This document shows positions 27,378-41,590 of a DNA stretch of 64,000 nt, in pieces. Position 1 is the first letter of the stretch; every line of letters begins with the position of its first letter. Origin of the DNA: Octopus vulgaris (Eukaryota); the NCBI GenBank assembly GCA_951406725.2, contig OX597832.1:31372001-31436000 (forward strand), written 5' to 3'. A model generated the notes under the pieces. That model was given only the letters and a program-made list of their open reading frames with translations, ran no database searches and had not been told where the DNA came from. Both the position numbers and the translations under genes were made by a program.

Positions 27378-27600
27378 AACGGGAAGGTGTACGAAAATAA
27401 ACAAAAGACGAAGGCAGGTGGAGTACAAACAAACAAATGTATTAGTATGGTGCTCAGGAATAGAAATAGAACAAGTCTTTTACGTTTCGAGCCTACGCTC
27501 TTCGACAGAAAGATACACAGAAAAGAAACAAGGAGAGAAACAAGGAGAGAAAAAAGTGCGTGTAGGAGCTAACGGTCTATCATGGCGTTCTGACTTTAGG
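27378..27600 (-). mobile_element. Penelope-like element terminal remnant
   Basis: Contains the hammerhead-like fold at 27476-27513 and is embedded in TA/TCTA microsatellite. Confidence 0.5.
27476..27513 (-). ncRNA. minimal hammerhead-like motif with variant core CUGUCGA
   Basis: tcttt-CTGTCGA-a-GAGC-gtag-GCTC-GAAA-CG-TA-aaaga. Stems I and II pair perfectly and stem III is the palindrome ACGT. Confidence 0.55.
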
Positions 27601-27815
27601 CAGAGGTCAGAGGTCAGAGGTCAGATGTTAGATGCTAGAGGGATAGTAGGGGAGATAACAGGGTCAAGTGACTCCCAAAACGAAGGTGACCCCAACACGA
27701 AGGTGCGTGTGTGTATAAGAGAGTATGTATGTGCGTGTGAAAGAGGGCTGGTGGTCTGGACGTGTGTATATATAAATATATATATATATATACATACATA
27801 CATACATACATACAT

Positions 27816-27850
<35 letters not shown>

Positions 27851-27944
27851 TATATATATGTATATATATATTATACGTGTGTGTGAGTGCGCGTGTGGCT
27901 GTGTGTGTGTGTGTGTGTGTGTGTATGAGTGTGTATGTATTTAT

Positions 27945-28152
27945 GTGTCATTGCGTATGTGATTGTCACCCACCACCGCTGGACAAACAGCGTTGGTTTG
28001 TTTACATCCCAGTAACTTTGCGGTCTGGCAAAGACACTGATAGAACAAACACCAGACTTAAAACTATAAGTACTGAGGTGGAGTTGTCCCCTCAAGGCGG
28101 TGCCCCAGCCTGGCCGAAGTATTATGAATGAAGCAATTAAAAAATAAAAGAT
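27945..28152 (+). mobile_element. family A SINE 3' half
   Basis: cccaccaccgctggacaaac...ggcggtgccccagcctggcc...aattaaaaaataaaag. Confidence 0.75.
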
Positions 28153-28941
28153 TTCTGTATGTATGTATGTATGTATGTATGTGTGTGTGCGTTAATGTAT
28201 ATATGTATACATGTATGCATGTCTGTCTGTATGTATGTATATATGTATTCGTGTGTCTATGTATCTATGCATGTATGTATGTGTGTATGTGTGTGTGTGT
28301 GTATGTATGTATGCGTGTCCGTATGTATCTGTGTATGTATCTATGTGTGAATATATGTTTATATGCATGTACGAATATATAAACTTATGCATCTATGAAT
28401 CTTTTGTGCGTGTCTACGTATGTATTAATGCGTTTATATTGTCTGGAATTTTGTAAGATAAGCAGGAAATGAGGGCAAAAAATACGAAGCAAAGGCTAAA
28501 AAATGTGAGCGTGAACTGTAGATGTTGACAATGAAATAAAGAAAATATAACAGAAACATGGCAGCCATATTAATAACACATTGACTGTATGTATATGTAT
28601 GTGTGTTTGTGTATGTATATATGATAACGTATGCGTGTATGCAGCAACCATATTAATAACAGACTGAGGGTGTGTGTATATATATATGTATACATATATA
28701 TATGTATATATATGTATATATATATATATAATGTATATAAATATATGCATGTATTTATGCATGTAAATATGTATGTATGTTGGTGTGTATTAATGTGTGA
28801 ATGCATTTGTGTACGTATGTATTTATGTATCTAATTATGTATGTCTATATTTATGAAAATATTAATGTGCTTGTGTGCACACACACAACACACATATAAA
28901 AGATATACATATGTATGTATTATATACGTATATGTAAATGC

Positions 28942-28981
<40 letters not shown>

Positions 28982-29449
28982 GCCCCCATATTATGTATGT
29001 TTGTGTGTGGATGTGAGGTGTGTGAGTGTACATTATAGTAATATATCAGCAGCTGGAAATATAGCGACAAAACAACTAATAAATACGTAAAAACACCCTA
29101 AAATAATAATGATGATGATGATGATGATGATAATAATAATAACAACAGCAATAATAATAATACGAAGAACAAGAATAATATTTTGGTTGTGGAAGACACG
29201 AAGAAATATAAATACGTGACTCAAAAGACAAAAGACTTTGAACACACACACATCCACATACACTGGCACACATACATATATATACACTGGCACACACACA
29301 CATGTATATACACATACATATATAAGCGTCTACGTATACACGTGCCCACGCTCGTAGCTAAGCATATTATGCCAAACATAATATTTCATATGCAGCACTG
29401 CACTACGGGACATTCCCTTCGTCAGCTATAAACCAGGGAATACGGCAGT

Positions 29450-31100
29450 TTCGTTACATTCCAGCAATATTTGGTCCTCCACACATTGCCGAGCAGCATC
29501 GATTCTATCAGTGTATGACTTTGTTCTTTTAACCCAGATTATAGCATTCTTTCTTAACTATGCAGCAACTACACCAGACCAAACCAAGCCAAGCCAACCA
29601 GACCAAACCATGCCAACCACACATTAATTGTTATTTTACTATTCACTGAATATTTCCACTTTGCTTTCATCTTTGGTCTTTCTCTTACGTACTTTCGCCA
29701 GACATAAAGGTTCAAACCGTAAATGTCTCAGGAACCAGTCCTAACTCTCGTGACCATATTCCTCTGGAGTGTGGATAACTCTGGCGATTTCCCGATAAAC
29801 AATTTTCTTTTTTTCTCTCCAGGTCAGGAACCACTGTTCTTCTGACCTCTTTAAATACAGTGCCAGCTTAATCTCAACAGAATTCAACTACAATTTCGCA
29901 TCTCAATTCTTTTAGATATATTGTACACTGCTATCTTTGTGTCTTACACAGTTCAAGTTTCAGTTTACCTCCCATCGTTTCATACGTCTATTTTATATCA
30001 ATACTCAAAGGGATGGGATCTTTAACTAATAAAAGCAAGAATCTTTTTGGAGGTGGACATCAATTGAGAGCATGCTATAGGGTCAGGGCAGCACTTCATT
30101 CTTGATATAGACTGGGGTTGTCCTACACCTTGTCTGTGGAAAAGGAAATAGGGAAAGTGTGCAGAAGTCCGTTGAATGGAGTGTGTCTGTAATTGAAAAC
30201 ATTCAGATTTGCCCCACGCATTATCACAGTGATTCGACCTGGGAATTACTTTTAGGACTTACGTATCTATACAATTCCCAATCCCTTCGCATGTTAATTC
30301 CATGGACTGGTTGTCCATTTGATCGAACCTCAAGACTTCATTTGGCGAAATTGGTGTGGGAGTCCATCACCATTATGGTGTAGGGTGAAAGCACATCGTA
30401 CTCTGCCTTAGGATGCATCACAACCTCGGTGGATCTATTTTCCACAGATTCAATTCCTTAAATTTTCCTTCGCTCCCCTGTCTTCCATGCTAGCCATAGA
30501 CATTAACTTCCTGATCTATCTTGCTTTCGTTGCACGATCCTTCTCCTCATCTTCAATACAGCGAATTCATTCTGCCACAATTATCTCCCCTGCCTTTCGC
30601 CACACGTCTCTCTCCTGGCTTTCTGCCTCCAGTGTGAGATCTGTTTGTCTGTAGTCAATCTTGCATCTTCTACACGGCATCAACCATCTCTTTCAGTTCC
30701 ACGACACATTCTATCACTGCATCACTTCCATTTCTTCCTTGCCAGCATTCTTATTTGCGAAGCACAAACCTGTCTTGGCATAATTTAAAGGCTCTTTGAA
30801 GATATACGGTCAACGTTCCTAATTACCTACTCCATGATCTTATAAATCACCTCTCACCGAATTCAAAAAAGAATTCCTTAACCTGACCCTACGCTAAGGA
30901 CATCCAGTAACCTGCAACGGATTTCGTAGTTCACAATGGTGGAATAAGTCACGCATATTATAAGGAGAATTAATAAAGTGTGCGCTGTTTCCCATATCGC
31001 TTTGATGTTATCTATAAAATCACGCCTAGGTGGCAGCACCAATTCACTTCTTATCTTCATTCTCTTATAAATAACTCGTTCTTCTCAATATCAATTCCAT
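29450..31100 (-). mobile_element. possible very old LINE remnant
   Basis: Microsatellite-free block with weak minus-strand peptide echoes of endonuclease/RT motifs (HGVGN, TPVYIKNE, KILAFI); heavily decayed. Confidence 0.3.
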
Positions 31101-31464
31101 TGCTATCGCATTGTTGCGACAGCAACCTTATTTTTCATACACGTTAGTTTCATAAGCAGACACCCGTGGCCAGCGTTTATGCTATCTATAGTATGTTTAT
31201 GTACGTATGAATGTATATACAGATTGATGTGCATGTATGCATATTAATGCATGCACGTATATATATATATATGCATGTTGGTGTGTATGTATGTTTATGT
31301 AAGCATATGTATATATGTATTTGCGTGCGTATATATATATATATGTATATAGGCGTGTATGTACATGTAATTATTTTTCATCTAAAATTTCATCACATAT
31401 ACAAACATAAGTACATCGAAGCCTTGTGAGTGGATTTGGTAGATGGAAACTGAAAGAAGCCCCT

Positions 31465-31523
<59 letters not shown>

Positions 31524-32073
31524 GAAGAAAATCACACATTTACCAACACATAGATTGGACCACATTTATAGCTTATGTTTTACTATAAAGAATGACAACA
31601 CATCTTACGGCGGTCGTTACTGATCAGATTGCCAAAATGCAGTCTATAATTAAATGCGAGAATAAAATTCCTCATCTTCATAGGGCGTTCGAATTAAGGC
31701 AACGGATCTTCGTCAGAGTGACAAACAAGAATATAGAATATAAACAAAAGGAAGAAGGAAAAGGAAAGAAAACTTAGACAATATGTTAAGAGCAAATAAT
31801 TTACCATCAGGGGCTCGAACCTGCAGTCCCTGATGGTAAATAATTATTAATCTGTGGTTTTCTCCATTTTAAAAAATTATTTGCATTGGTCCCTGATAAA
31901 TCCTTGTTTATCCTGTTGTTACCTGCACTCTACGTGTATGGTCTGTCTGCACACCATTGCCCGGGGATAACACGGGTAACGAATACCAATAGTATATACG
32001 AGATCTTATCCCTTAGTCGGTTACTATAACCGCTAACTCAGTTTACATACATGTGTATATGTATATATATATA

Positions 32074-32558
<485 letters not shown>

Positions 32559-32569
32559 ATTTTCTTATT

Positions 32570-32770
32570 TTTGTGTTTATCCCCCAACCATCGCTTGAGA
32601 ATGAATGTTGGCGTGTTTATGTGCCTGTAACTAAGCTGATCGGCAAAAGGGATAGATAAAATAGGTACTAGGCTTACAAAGAATAATTTCTGGGGGTCAA
32701 ATTGTTCGACTAAAGGCGGTGCTCCGGCATGGCCGCAGTCAAATAACTGAAACAATTAAAAGAATAAAAA
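32570..32770 (+). mobile_element. family A SINE 3' half
   Basis: ttcgactaaaggcggtgctccggcatggccgcagtcaaataactgaaacaattaaaagaat tail. Confidence 0.85.
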
Positions 32771-32844
32771 AAAATATATACATTCATGCACATACACACA
32801 CTCACACACATTTATATATGTAACTATGTATGTGTGTGGGGGAG

Positions 32845-33066
32845 GGATTGTGGTTGAGGTGTTGCACTCATAGGATTGTGGTTTCGATTCCTGAATCGAC
32901 CAATGCGCTGCATTCTTGAACAAAACATTTCATTCCACGTTTTTCCAGTTCATTCCGTGGCAAAGATAAGTTATCCTGCGACAAATCCCGAACGGAAGGG
33001 GAATGCCTTCACGTCATAGAAACCGGGAGAATGAGAACACGAACCGATGGCTCGGGAATGACCTTT
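32845..33066 (+). mobile_element. degenerate CORE-type SINE
   Basis: gtggttgaggtgttgcactc...ggtttcgattcc...ttcttgaacaaaacatttcattccacg. Confidence 0.6.
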
Positions 33067-33110
33067 GATTGTCTTTTGCTACACACACACACACATATTT
33101 GATTGTCTTT

Positions 33111-33158
<48 letters not shown>

Positions 33159-33225
33159 GTATACATATATAAATGTATATATATGTATACACACACACAT
33201 ATGTATATCCTCACTGTCTCCCCCG

Positions 33226-33263
<38 letters not shown>

Positions 33264-34440
33264 TGTATATATATTTGTATGTATATAGACACCCACCCAT
33301 ACAAATATTCGTTTTATTTTTTCATGAAGTGAATAATAAATATCATAAACACTGTCTTTTGTGATAGATCACCTCAAACGCACCCACCACCACCATCACC
33401 ACCTGCACCATCACAACCACTACCCCACCCCACCCCACCTCATCCCTATTTTCAATACACACAAAACACGCCCCTTGTGTGTGTGTGTGTGTGTGTGGAA
33501 GCGTTAAAAAACCTCAATAAAAAGTTGACAGACATTTTGTAAGTGTTTTTTTTTCTTATTCTTGTATCGAATTCTTCCCTTTAATCATCTGGGAACCTCT
33601 TTGATGCCATAATTTGAAGAGTTCTTCATATTGTTTATCTTAAACTTGGTGGTTCCGGTCGCATCCTTTGCTCTGTTGGTCAGTTCTGATGTCTTCTTTA
33701 ACCCCTCTCTTTCGACAATGCGTACGCATACAGACATAAACACACACACACACATACACACATACGTATATACACATACAGACATACATACATAGATACA
33801 TACATACATATACATGTATACATACAAACACATACACATATACATACATACATATATACATACATACATACACATACATACACATATACATACATGCATA
33901 CATACGTACACATACATACACACATATACACGCATACGTACACACATATATATACACACACACCCAAGCATACATAATACATATATACCCATACATACAT
34001 ACATACATACATACGCACTTTCATACATTCATACATTCATACATACATATATACATACATGGACATACAAATATGCACACACAGGAATAGAAATATGTAT
34101 AAATACAAGCGTATATGGATATATACACTCGTATATAGTTATATATACCCGCGATTGAATATATTATAAACGCACATACACACCCACGCATGCGCAGGCA
34201 TGCATTTCAATACACACGCACACGCATATATGATCACATATACACATAAATGTTTATATACACTTACACATAAATTTAAACACACGCATTCACACACATA
34301 TGCATATGCGTGAACACACATACACACATATAGATGTATATACATGTATGTATGTATGCGGCCTTTGGGCTAAAACATTTTTAAGGATTTAAGGATATAT
34401 ACACACAAATGTATTTGAACACATATACAGACATACGTTT

Positions 34441-34504
<64 letters not shown>

Positions 34505-34813
34505 AAAGACACAGACTTGCACACATACATATTTGCAAATGATCGCAGAGAAAGATTTATGCACACACACATACACATTAACAGATATATATATATTAAC
34601 AGATATATATACACACATACAGACGCTCACACACATATAGGTTCATCTACACATGCACATACATACATGCAGACACGCATACACACGTAGGAACACACAC
34701 AAACACACACTCTCTCTCATACACACACTCATACACACACGCATGAATACGTATACATATATATACATACACACACTTATAAAAATACATTTACAAAGAC
34801 GTGAAGATGCATA

Positions 34814-34874
<61 letters not shown>

Positions 34875-35144
34875 ATGCCCATATATAAACATGCGTATAC
34901 TTAAACATGGCTACTTGCACACACACATATATGCGCGCGCACACACATGTACACACGCATATACACGTAAATGCAGACTCATATATAACCTGACACACAC
35001 ACATAGGAACACACACATACCATACGCATTTACAGATGTGCAAAAAGATCTGTCCCGGTATTTTGCGTTCTGCGTTCAAACCCCACCTTGGCTGAATGTG
35101 GGCACTACATTCTCTCCTTAATAATAATAATAATAATAATAATA

Positions 35145-35192
<48 letters not shown>

Positions 35193-35286
35193 GTAATAAT
35201 AATAATGATAATAATAGTAATGATGCTGCTGCGCTGCTGAGAATGATGATGATGATAATAATAATAATAATGATAATAATGATAAG

Positions 35287-35460
35287 ACTTCAAGACTTCT
35301 TAAGGCAACTGGAAATCCTATGAAAGATTGATGTTTTGCAAAAAGCAGCCTTATTGGACACAGCGCACATCTTTAAGGAAGTATTATCTGTCTGAAATAC
35401 TGGTTGTGACTTGACAGATGACTAAGGACTTCGGTGCATTTTTACTCACACTGTATTACA
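35287..35460 (+). mobile_element. 3' end of an R4/Dong-clade non-LTR retrotransposon within (TAA)n
   Basis: Translates LQDFLRQLEIL*KIDVLQKAALLDTAHIFKEVLSV*, matching the recalled R4/Dong C-terminal motif LQKAxLLGTAHILRKVL; a short UTR follows, and (TAA)n flanks both sides. Confidence 0.7.
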
Positions 35461-35508
<48 letters not shown>

Positions 35509-36308
35509 GTAATAATAATAATAACGAGAACACTTAGAGAGCACAAACTTCCGCCAAGGCAACACCAAGAAGAAGAAGAAGAAGAAGAAGAAGAAGAAGA
35601 AGAAGAAGAAGAAGAAGAAGAAGAAGGAAAAGAAGAAGGTAAGCAGTAGACAAAAGGTAAAGACAAGAAACCTGTTTGAAACAAAGTTGCAGCAAATAGT
35701 GACAGCTTCAAGCATTTCTCAATTCCTGTTCCTTTATTCCTTTATTCCTGTTCCTTTATTCCTATTGAAGCAACGGCAGTAGTTACAGTGGTGGCGGTGC
35801 GGCGGCGACGGCAGGGCAATATCGGCGCTGGTGGAGGTGGGCTGGTGGTGGGCTGGTGGTGGTGGTGGTGGTGGTATTGGTATGATATCGGAAATATTGT
35901 TGGACGAACAAATACTGAAAAAAAACCTGTCAAATATGAAGAGCGTATTCTTTGATTAATGGTTCGAATTTGTGTCCCTGAAGAGGATTCTTTGCAACGC
36001 TTGTTATTAGAGTCAAACATTGCAGTTAATAATCTGACAATATATTTTTTTTGGCTCAAACATGATTGCTTTATTTACGATTCCAACATCGTTTTGGTAA
36101 AGTGGCAGCCGTGTCTTCGTTCTTCATTTCATCTCCATGTATACCTTTTATGTTTATTACAGAATAATTCCTGCAAAATGGGGTAAGGAAGGAATGTGTG
36201 AGAATGTGCATACGGACATAAACATTCCGCAACATACACACACGTGTGTGTATATCCATATATACATATATATGTGTGTGTGTGTGTGTGTGTGCGTGTA
36301 TGAAACTT

Positions 36309-36339
<31 letters not shown>

Positions 36340-36378
36340 ACGAAACTTTGTGTGTGTGTGTGTGTGCGTGTACGAAAC

Positions 36379-36415
<37 letters not shown>

Positions 36416-36599
36416 ATATGCATGTTTGTAAGATCACATATTCACTCATATAGATCGAGCGAACGAACACAATCTTCCTCCGTGTGTCACTTCCGTTGAT
36501 AACAAAACAGTTTTTGATGGCGTCGAGATGAACGCAGTGTTGAAATCTCTGCAAATTCCAGGTGTCAAGACGCAATATATATCGAACCGCTCAGAGATT

Positions 36600-37500
36600 C
36601 AGACTCTGAATGCACAGCAGATATAGCTCTGCTGTCGCCACCAGTAAAGGTTCCAGCTGAGGTGGGTGTCAAGCAAGGAGATGCCATCCCTCCAAACTCT
36701 AAATGAAGGACGTCGATGGGACGGGTGGCGTGAACAACAACGGCGAGCAACCAACAAACCTCTAACTCACAGATGGAATTGTACTCATCTTTGAGATCAC
36801 AGGCTAGCTGCAGACCTTACTAACGGAGCTGGATATTTGGCTTAGCAGTAAGTCTTCAAATGAACCGCATGAAAGCAAATTATATGCAGTTGGAAGACGT
36901 AGCACAAGGTTGACAGAAGTAGGAAGCGATGAAATCAATGAGATTAAGGAGCACGTCTACCTAGGGCATACAGTGAGTATGTGCCGACATATGGATGCTG
37001 AAGTCTCAGAGAAATTAAGGGCATTTAACTCAAGGTATTTAACTCAATAAAAATGTGTTCCAGATAAAGCTAGACAATGTACGTGGTAGACTCTTCGATA
37101 GCACCATCCTACCAACATTCGGATATGCAAGTGAGAAGTAATCTATTACGAGGGGGATTGAACATCGATTGGCTTCGACGCAAAGGCCGTGGAAAGACTC
37201 ATGCTAGGAATATCCTTATGAGGACATTTTCGAAATGAGAAAATTCGTGAAGGGAACAGAGGGAACGATGTGATCGCAGAATACCGCAAGTACAAGTTCT
37301 GCTGGAATGAGCATGTCTCAATGTTCACTGACAAACAAGTGGACCCGTGCAGTAGCCGAGTGGTATCCAAGAGATTAGTAAAGCCTACTTTGAGGTCCTC
37401 CACGACGAAGGGAAGACGTTTTGTTCGAATCCTTTGGGAGAAGATGGGAAAGTATGGTGCAATCAAGACGTAACCGGAAGTGCATTGTGAACAGCGGTGT
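36600..37500 (+). mobile_element. RTE-clade LINE, degenerate RT C-terminal half
   Basis: Peptide remnants DIALLSP, KEHVYLGHTVSM, LFDSTILP, AVERLMLGISL, FRNEKIRE, KFCWNEHV and WTRAVAEWYPRD. Confidence 0.7.
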
Positions 37501-37700
37501 GTAACAGCACCTGATGGCCTGCTCGATATTGTGATACGGTGATATATATGTCAGTACCTATGAATAATCAATATGTGTATGTGTGTGTGTGCATGTGTAT
37601 GTGTATGTATTTATATATGTATGAATGTATATATGGCATGTGAATGTATGTATATATGTAGCAAACAATATCGAGTTTATGAGTTTATATTAATACATAG

Positions 37701-37992
37701 TATTATTATTATTATTGAGTGAGAGAGCAGCGTATCCAATCAAAATGACACTGGGGTAAAGTATACGAAGCCCAGCGTACCCATCATGACTACCCGTCTG
37801 ATAAGGGTATACTAGGCACATGCATCACAACCATATGTATGTGACATGGTGATCTCATATCAAGATAAATAGTGTATGACCTTGCAGGTGGGGCCTATGT
37901 TAGAATTTTCTTCTGGGCGAGTAACCCATCCCGCTCAAAAGGTCCCTGAATAAGGATTGTTTAAGGATGTTGAACGAAACACCCATGTTTCC
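37701..37992 (-). mobile_element. retroposon 3' fragment with (TAA)n tail
   Basis: Non-microsatellite block ending (minus strand) in ctgctctctcactca(ATA)n; resembles a common octopus repeat (from memory). Confidence 0.5.
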
Positions 37993-38898
37993 GAAATATA
38001 TATATATACTCACATACATACATTAGACATTCATTCACACACGCATACACACACATACACACACACATACACACATATACGTTTATGAATCATATATGCA
38101 TTGTATGTAAATGAAACTTTATTTCTATGGAGTTTTATTTCTTTCACAGATAGTTCTCTTGTTGTTGTTGTTGTTCTTCTTCTTCTTCTCCTCCCCCTCC
38201 TCCTCCTCCTCCTCCTTCTTCTTCTTCTTCTTCTTCTTCTTCTTCTTCTTCTTCTTCTTCTTCTTCTTCTTCTTCTTCTTCTTCTTCTTCTTCTTCTTCT
38301 GCTACTCTTTTGTTTGCCCTTTCACACATACGCATGAATATAAACTATAGTGTCAAAATAACAGACAAATACCCAAAATCAATATGGCGCAAACCATGAA
38401 AGCAAAACAATGGCGAAAAGAGCAAGAGTAAAGAGGTTCTTTGTGATGTTTCAACCTTTAGACGTCTCATCAGAGATTTTTCTTTCTGAACCCAAAGCCG
38501 TGAACAGCAAGAATTATCAATGGCCGGGGCTATTCCGGTTACCTCCATTAAGTTGACCTCGTATCAAAAGACACGGAATGAAAAACACACTTTGAAGAGT
38601 GCAAGGTGGGTCAGTATTGTGATGACCCTCGGCTCGATTTGGTCTTTGTACCGATTGTGCGGTTCGTTATACAGCTGAAGAAATGTCTAGAGTGAGAACC
38701 TTTTCATTGGCTTGGTTCGAATGGAATTATTGCGAGACAAACGGAGTATTGAATACGTACAAGAAATTCTTTTGTGTCTGGAATTAATACAATATATGTG
38801 AGTGTTTTTAAATACAAACATATATATATATCTGTATATGTATATCTCTCTATCTCTCTCTATATATAAATATATAAATACATACATACATACATGCA

Positions 38899-38987
<89 letters not shown>

Positions 38988-39674
38988 ATATGTGTATATC
39001 TATTTTTATAAATATATATATAACTATATAAATACACACACATATATATATGTATATATGCATGTCTATTTATATAAATATATAAATACATACATACATA
39101 TACATGTATGTATGTATGTATGTATGTATGTATGTATGTATGTATGTATGTATACAATATTACCAACGCCTTTTAAAGCAATAAATCAGGTTTTCACAAG
39201 CGCGCATGTGTGAATCGATGTTTACCATAATCGATAAGATCACCAGACCATGAATCGAAGAATCGGGGGATCGTGTCGGCTCCGTTACACAGCACCGTCT
39301 CTGTGTTGGTAGACAATACACCAGGAATATGACTCATACACACCATTATGTGCTTATAATTCACTGTACTGTTTCCATGATCGGAGCACTCAACGGTCAA
39401 CAGTCCAGTCTACCTAGCTGTAAGTAGGTACCACAGTGTAGTGCAGTTCCACAAGACACTTAAGTATTCATTTTTCTCTTTCCCTAGTTGTAAGCTGGTG
39501 CCACAGTGTGGTATATTTAACTCTACTGGGAACTAAGCCTATCTGTTAACGGCCAAGTCAACCTATCTTATATAATAATAATAAAAAAGCAGCTGCGCAA
39601 ATGTGCAAGAATTAAGCGAAAAAGGTTTCTAAGATTATGAAGCAGCAGAATAGGATGAAATTTATTTAGAGCTA

Positions 39675-40522
39675 TTAGGTTGTCAAGAAAGTTCTGGCGG
39701 AATTTTTAATTATGTATTTTCAAATTAATTTTCGCTAAATTACTTTGACTTTATTTATCATTTTAAAACCCGTTTTTCGCTCTATCTAATCGTGTTAGTC
39801 TTTTTCTTTTTGAATAATTCGCCATTTTTTCCGGAACGTTGAATACAACATCGACAAAAAGCAAATTTGTACAATTTTCTTATTCCAGTTCAAGTTAGGC
39901 CGTTTGGTGCTGGAACCTCCAATGAACGTACAGCACAATGGTGGTTCAAGAAATTTCGTAGTGGTGACTAGAGTCTTGAAGATGATAAGCGTAATGGTCG
40001 CCCATCGGATGTTGACAACGATCAACAAAGAGCCTTAGTCGAAGCCACTCCACGCACAACTGTTCGGGAGCTTGCTTCTGAATTAGACGTAACGTATACG
40101 ACAATTTCCAACCACTTGAAAGAGATTGGAAAAACAAAAGATACTTAAGAAATGGCTGCCGCACGAATTGAACGACCCCCCCCCCCAAAGAATGCCGTTT
40201 TGAAGTGTCGTCTTCCCTTATTTTACGCAACAAGAGCGACCCGTTTCTCGACCGGATTGTGACTTGTGATGAAAAGTGGATTCTGTACGACAACCAGCGG
40301 CGCTCAGCTCAGTGGTTGGACACCGAGGAAGCTCCACGGCACTTCCCAAAGCCAAAGGTGCACCAAAAGAAGGTCATGGTGACTGTTTGATGCTCTGCGA
40401 CCGGTCTCATCCATCACAAGTTTTTGGATCCAGGCGAAACCATTACGGCGGAGAAGTACTGTCATCAAATGGATGAAATGCATAAGAAACTCCGACAACA
40501 GGCAGCAATGGTCAATAGAAAA
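39675..40522 (+). mobile_element. mariner (cecropia/Hsmar1-like), 5' two-thirds, transposase pseudogene
   Basis: TA plus TIR ttaggttgtcaagaaagttctggcgg; peptides [39 protein letters not shown] and PGETITAEKYC. Confidence 0.9.
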
Positions 40523-41144
40523 GGAATATATGTAGGAATGACATCAGTTCGATTCCCTGAAGTATCAGAAGTTTATTCCCGGTCGTTCGAGCGGTGTAAT
40601 GTCTCGTATTGCCTTGATACAGAAGAGCTCGCTTTCTGTTAACCGAAGCCAGGTATTTTTACCGCACAATCGCACACATCTGCTCCAACAGTTCAGGGTC
40701 GAGGTTGGCATCGATGGTTCGACACTCAGGAATGAACTCGCAGTGAATAATCCCTTCATAATTCCACCAGATGCAGAGCATCACCTTGTATCCGAAATGC
40801 CCATGTTTGGCGACATGTTCTGGAAGCTGGTCCCTTGCTTAACCATTGTTTAAGCACGTCAAAATTGTGGAAAAACATTTTCCACGGATTGTTACTTGCT
40901 CGGATCCACGGCTCATTTCCTGCGCTCGCCACGATTTATAAACTAAGAGGAGGTGGAGGCTTGAGTGAAGGAGTTCTTCACCTCAAAGGCAAGAACTGGT
41001 ATCAGCGTAGCATCAAAGAGCTGGCAGAAAGGTGACTTCAGACAACGCAACACTTTGAAGGCGAGTCTGTTTCTGTTGTAACTTGATGAATAAAGCAAAT
41101 AAGTTACATTACAAAAATATTCCTAAACTTTCGACTTAACACAA
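40522..41144. mobile_element. second mariner family, central part inverted (-) and 3' part (+) with right TIR
   Basis: Minus 40850-40522: YKVMLCIWWNYEGIIHCEF...VNRKRALLYQGNTRHYTARTT...GIELM. Plus 40885-41060: TDCYLLGSTAHFL...KNWYQRSIKELAER. TIR-like end ...aaactttcgacttaacacaa followed by ta. Confidence 0.8.
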
Positions 41145-41444
41145 TAATGATGTAACAATGTAATACTATAACGATATGATAATGTGATGGGAAATGATAC
41201 GATAATGAAGATGTAATAATACAATAATAGTTGACTAATTACGAGTTGCAATGACCATTCTGCGAGTATGACATGATCATGGTTAAGATTTTATAATTCA
41301 CTTTGAAGTTCGGCCGATTATGCTTTATTAGCAACGAAATATACTTGGAAAAGTTCATGCATGTTTGTCCGTGGTTATTTCTAAAAGAGTGGGTGTGCTA
41401 GTGGAATCTAATTTTAAATGTATCTACATGTGACTCGAAGTAGA

Positions 41445-41590
41445 ATTGTTATTGGTAACCATAGCCATCCAGCTTTTTCCAGCTTTTTCCAGCCCAGTCA
41501 TTGTGTATCTAGGAGTACATTATTCCATGTATCTTTCCTTTTTTAAGATAGCGGAGTGTAACGTGAGGGAGATTTGGCTGTTATTTTACG
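41445..41590 (-). mobile_element. family D retroposon fragment
   Basis: acattattccatgtatctttccttttttaagatagcggagtgtaacgtgagggagatttggctgttattt is shared with the 8560-8640 region. Confidence 0.45.

Noticed and set aside
27250-28131. 293-aa ORF
   Set aside because: Runs across SINE pieces, microsatellites and a PLE-like remnant with no coherent protein.
36280-36412. CRISPR-like repeated gcgtgtacgaaactt units
   Set aside because: The spacers are just (TG)n; this is a three-unit minisatellite in eukaryotic DNA with no cas genes.
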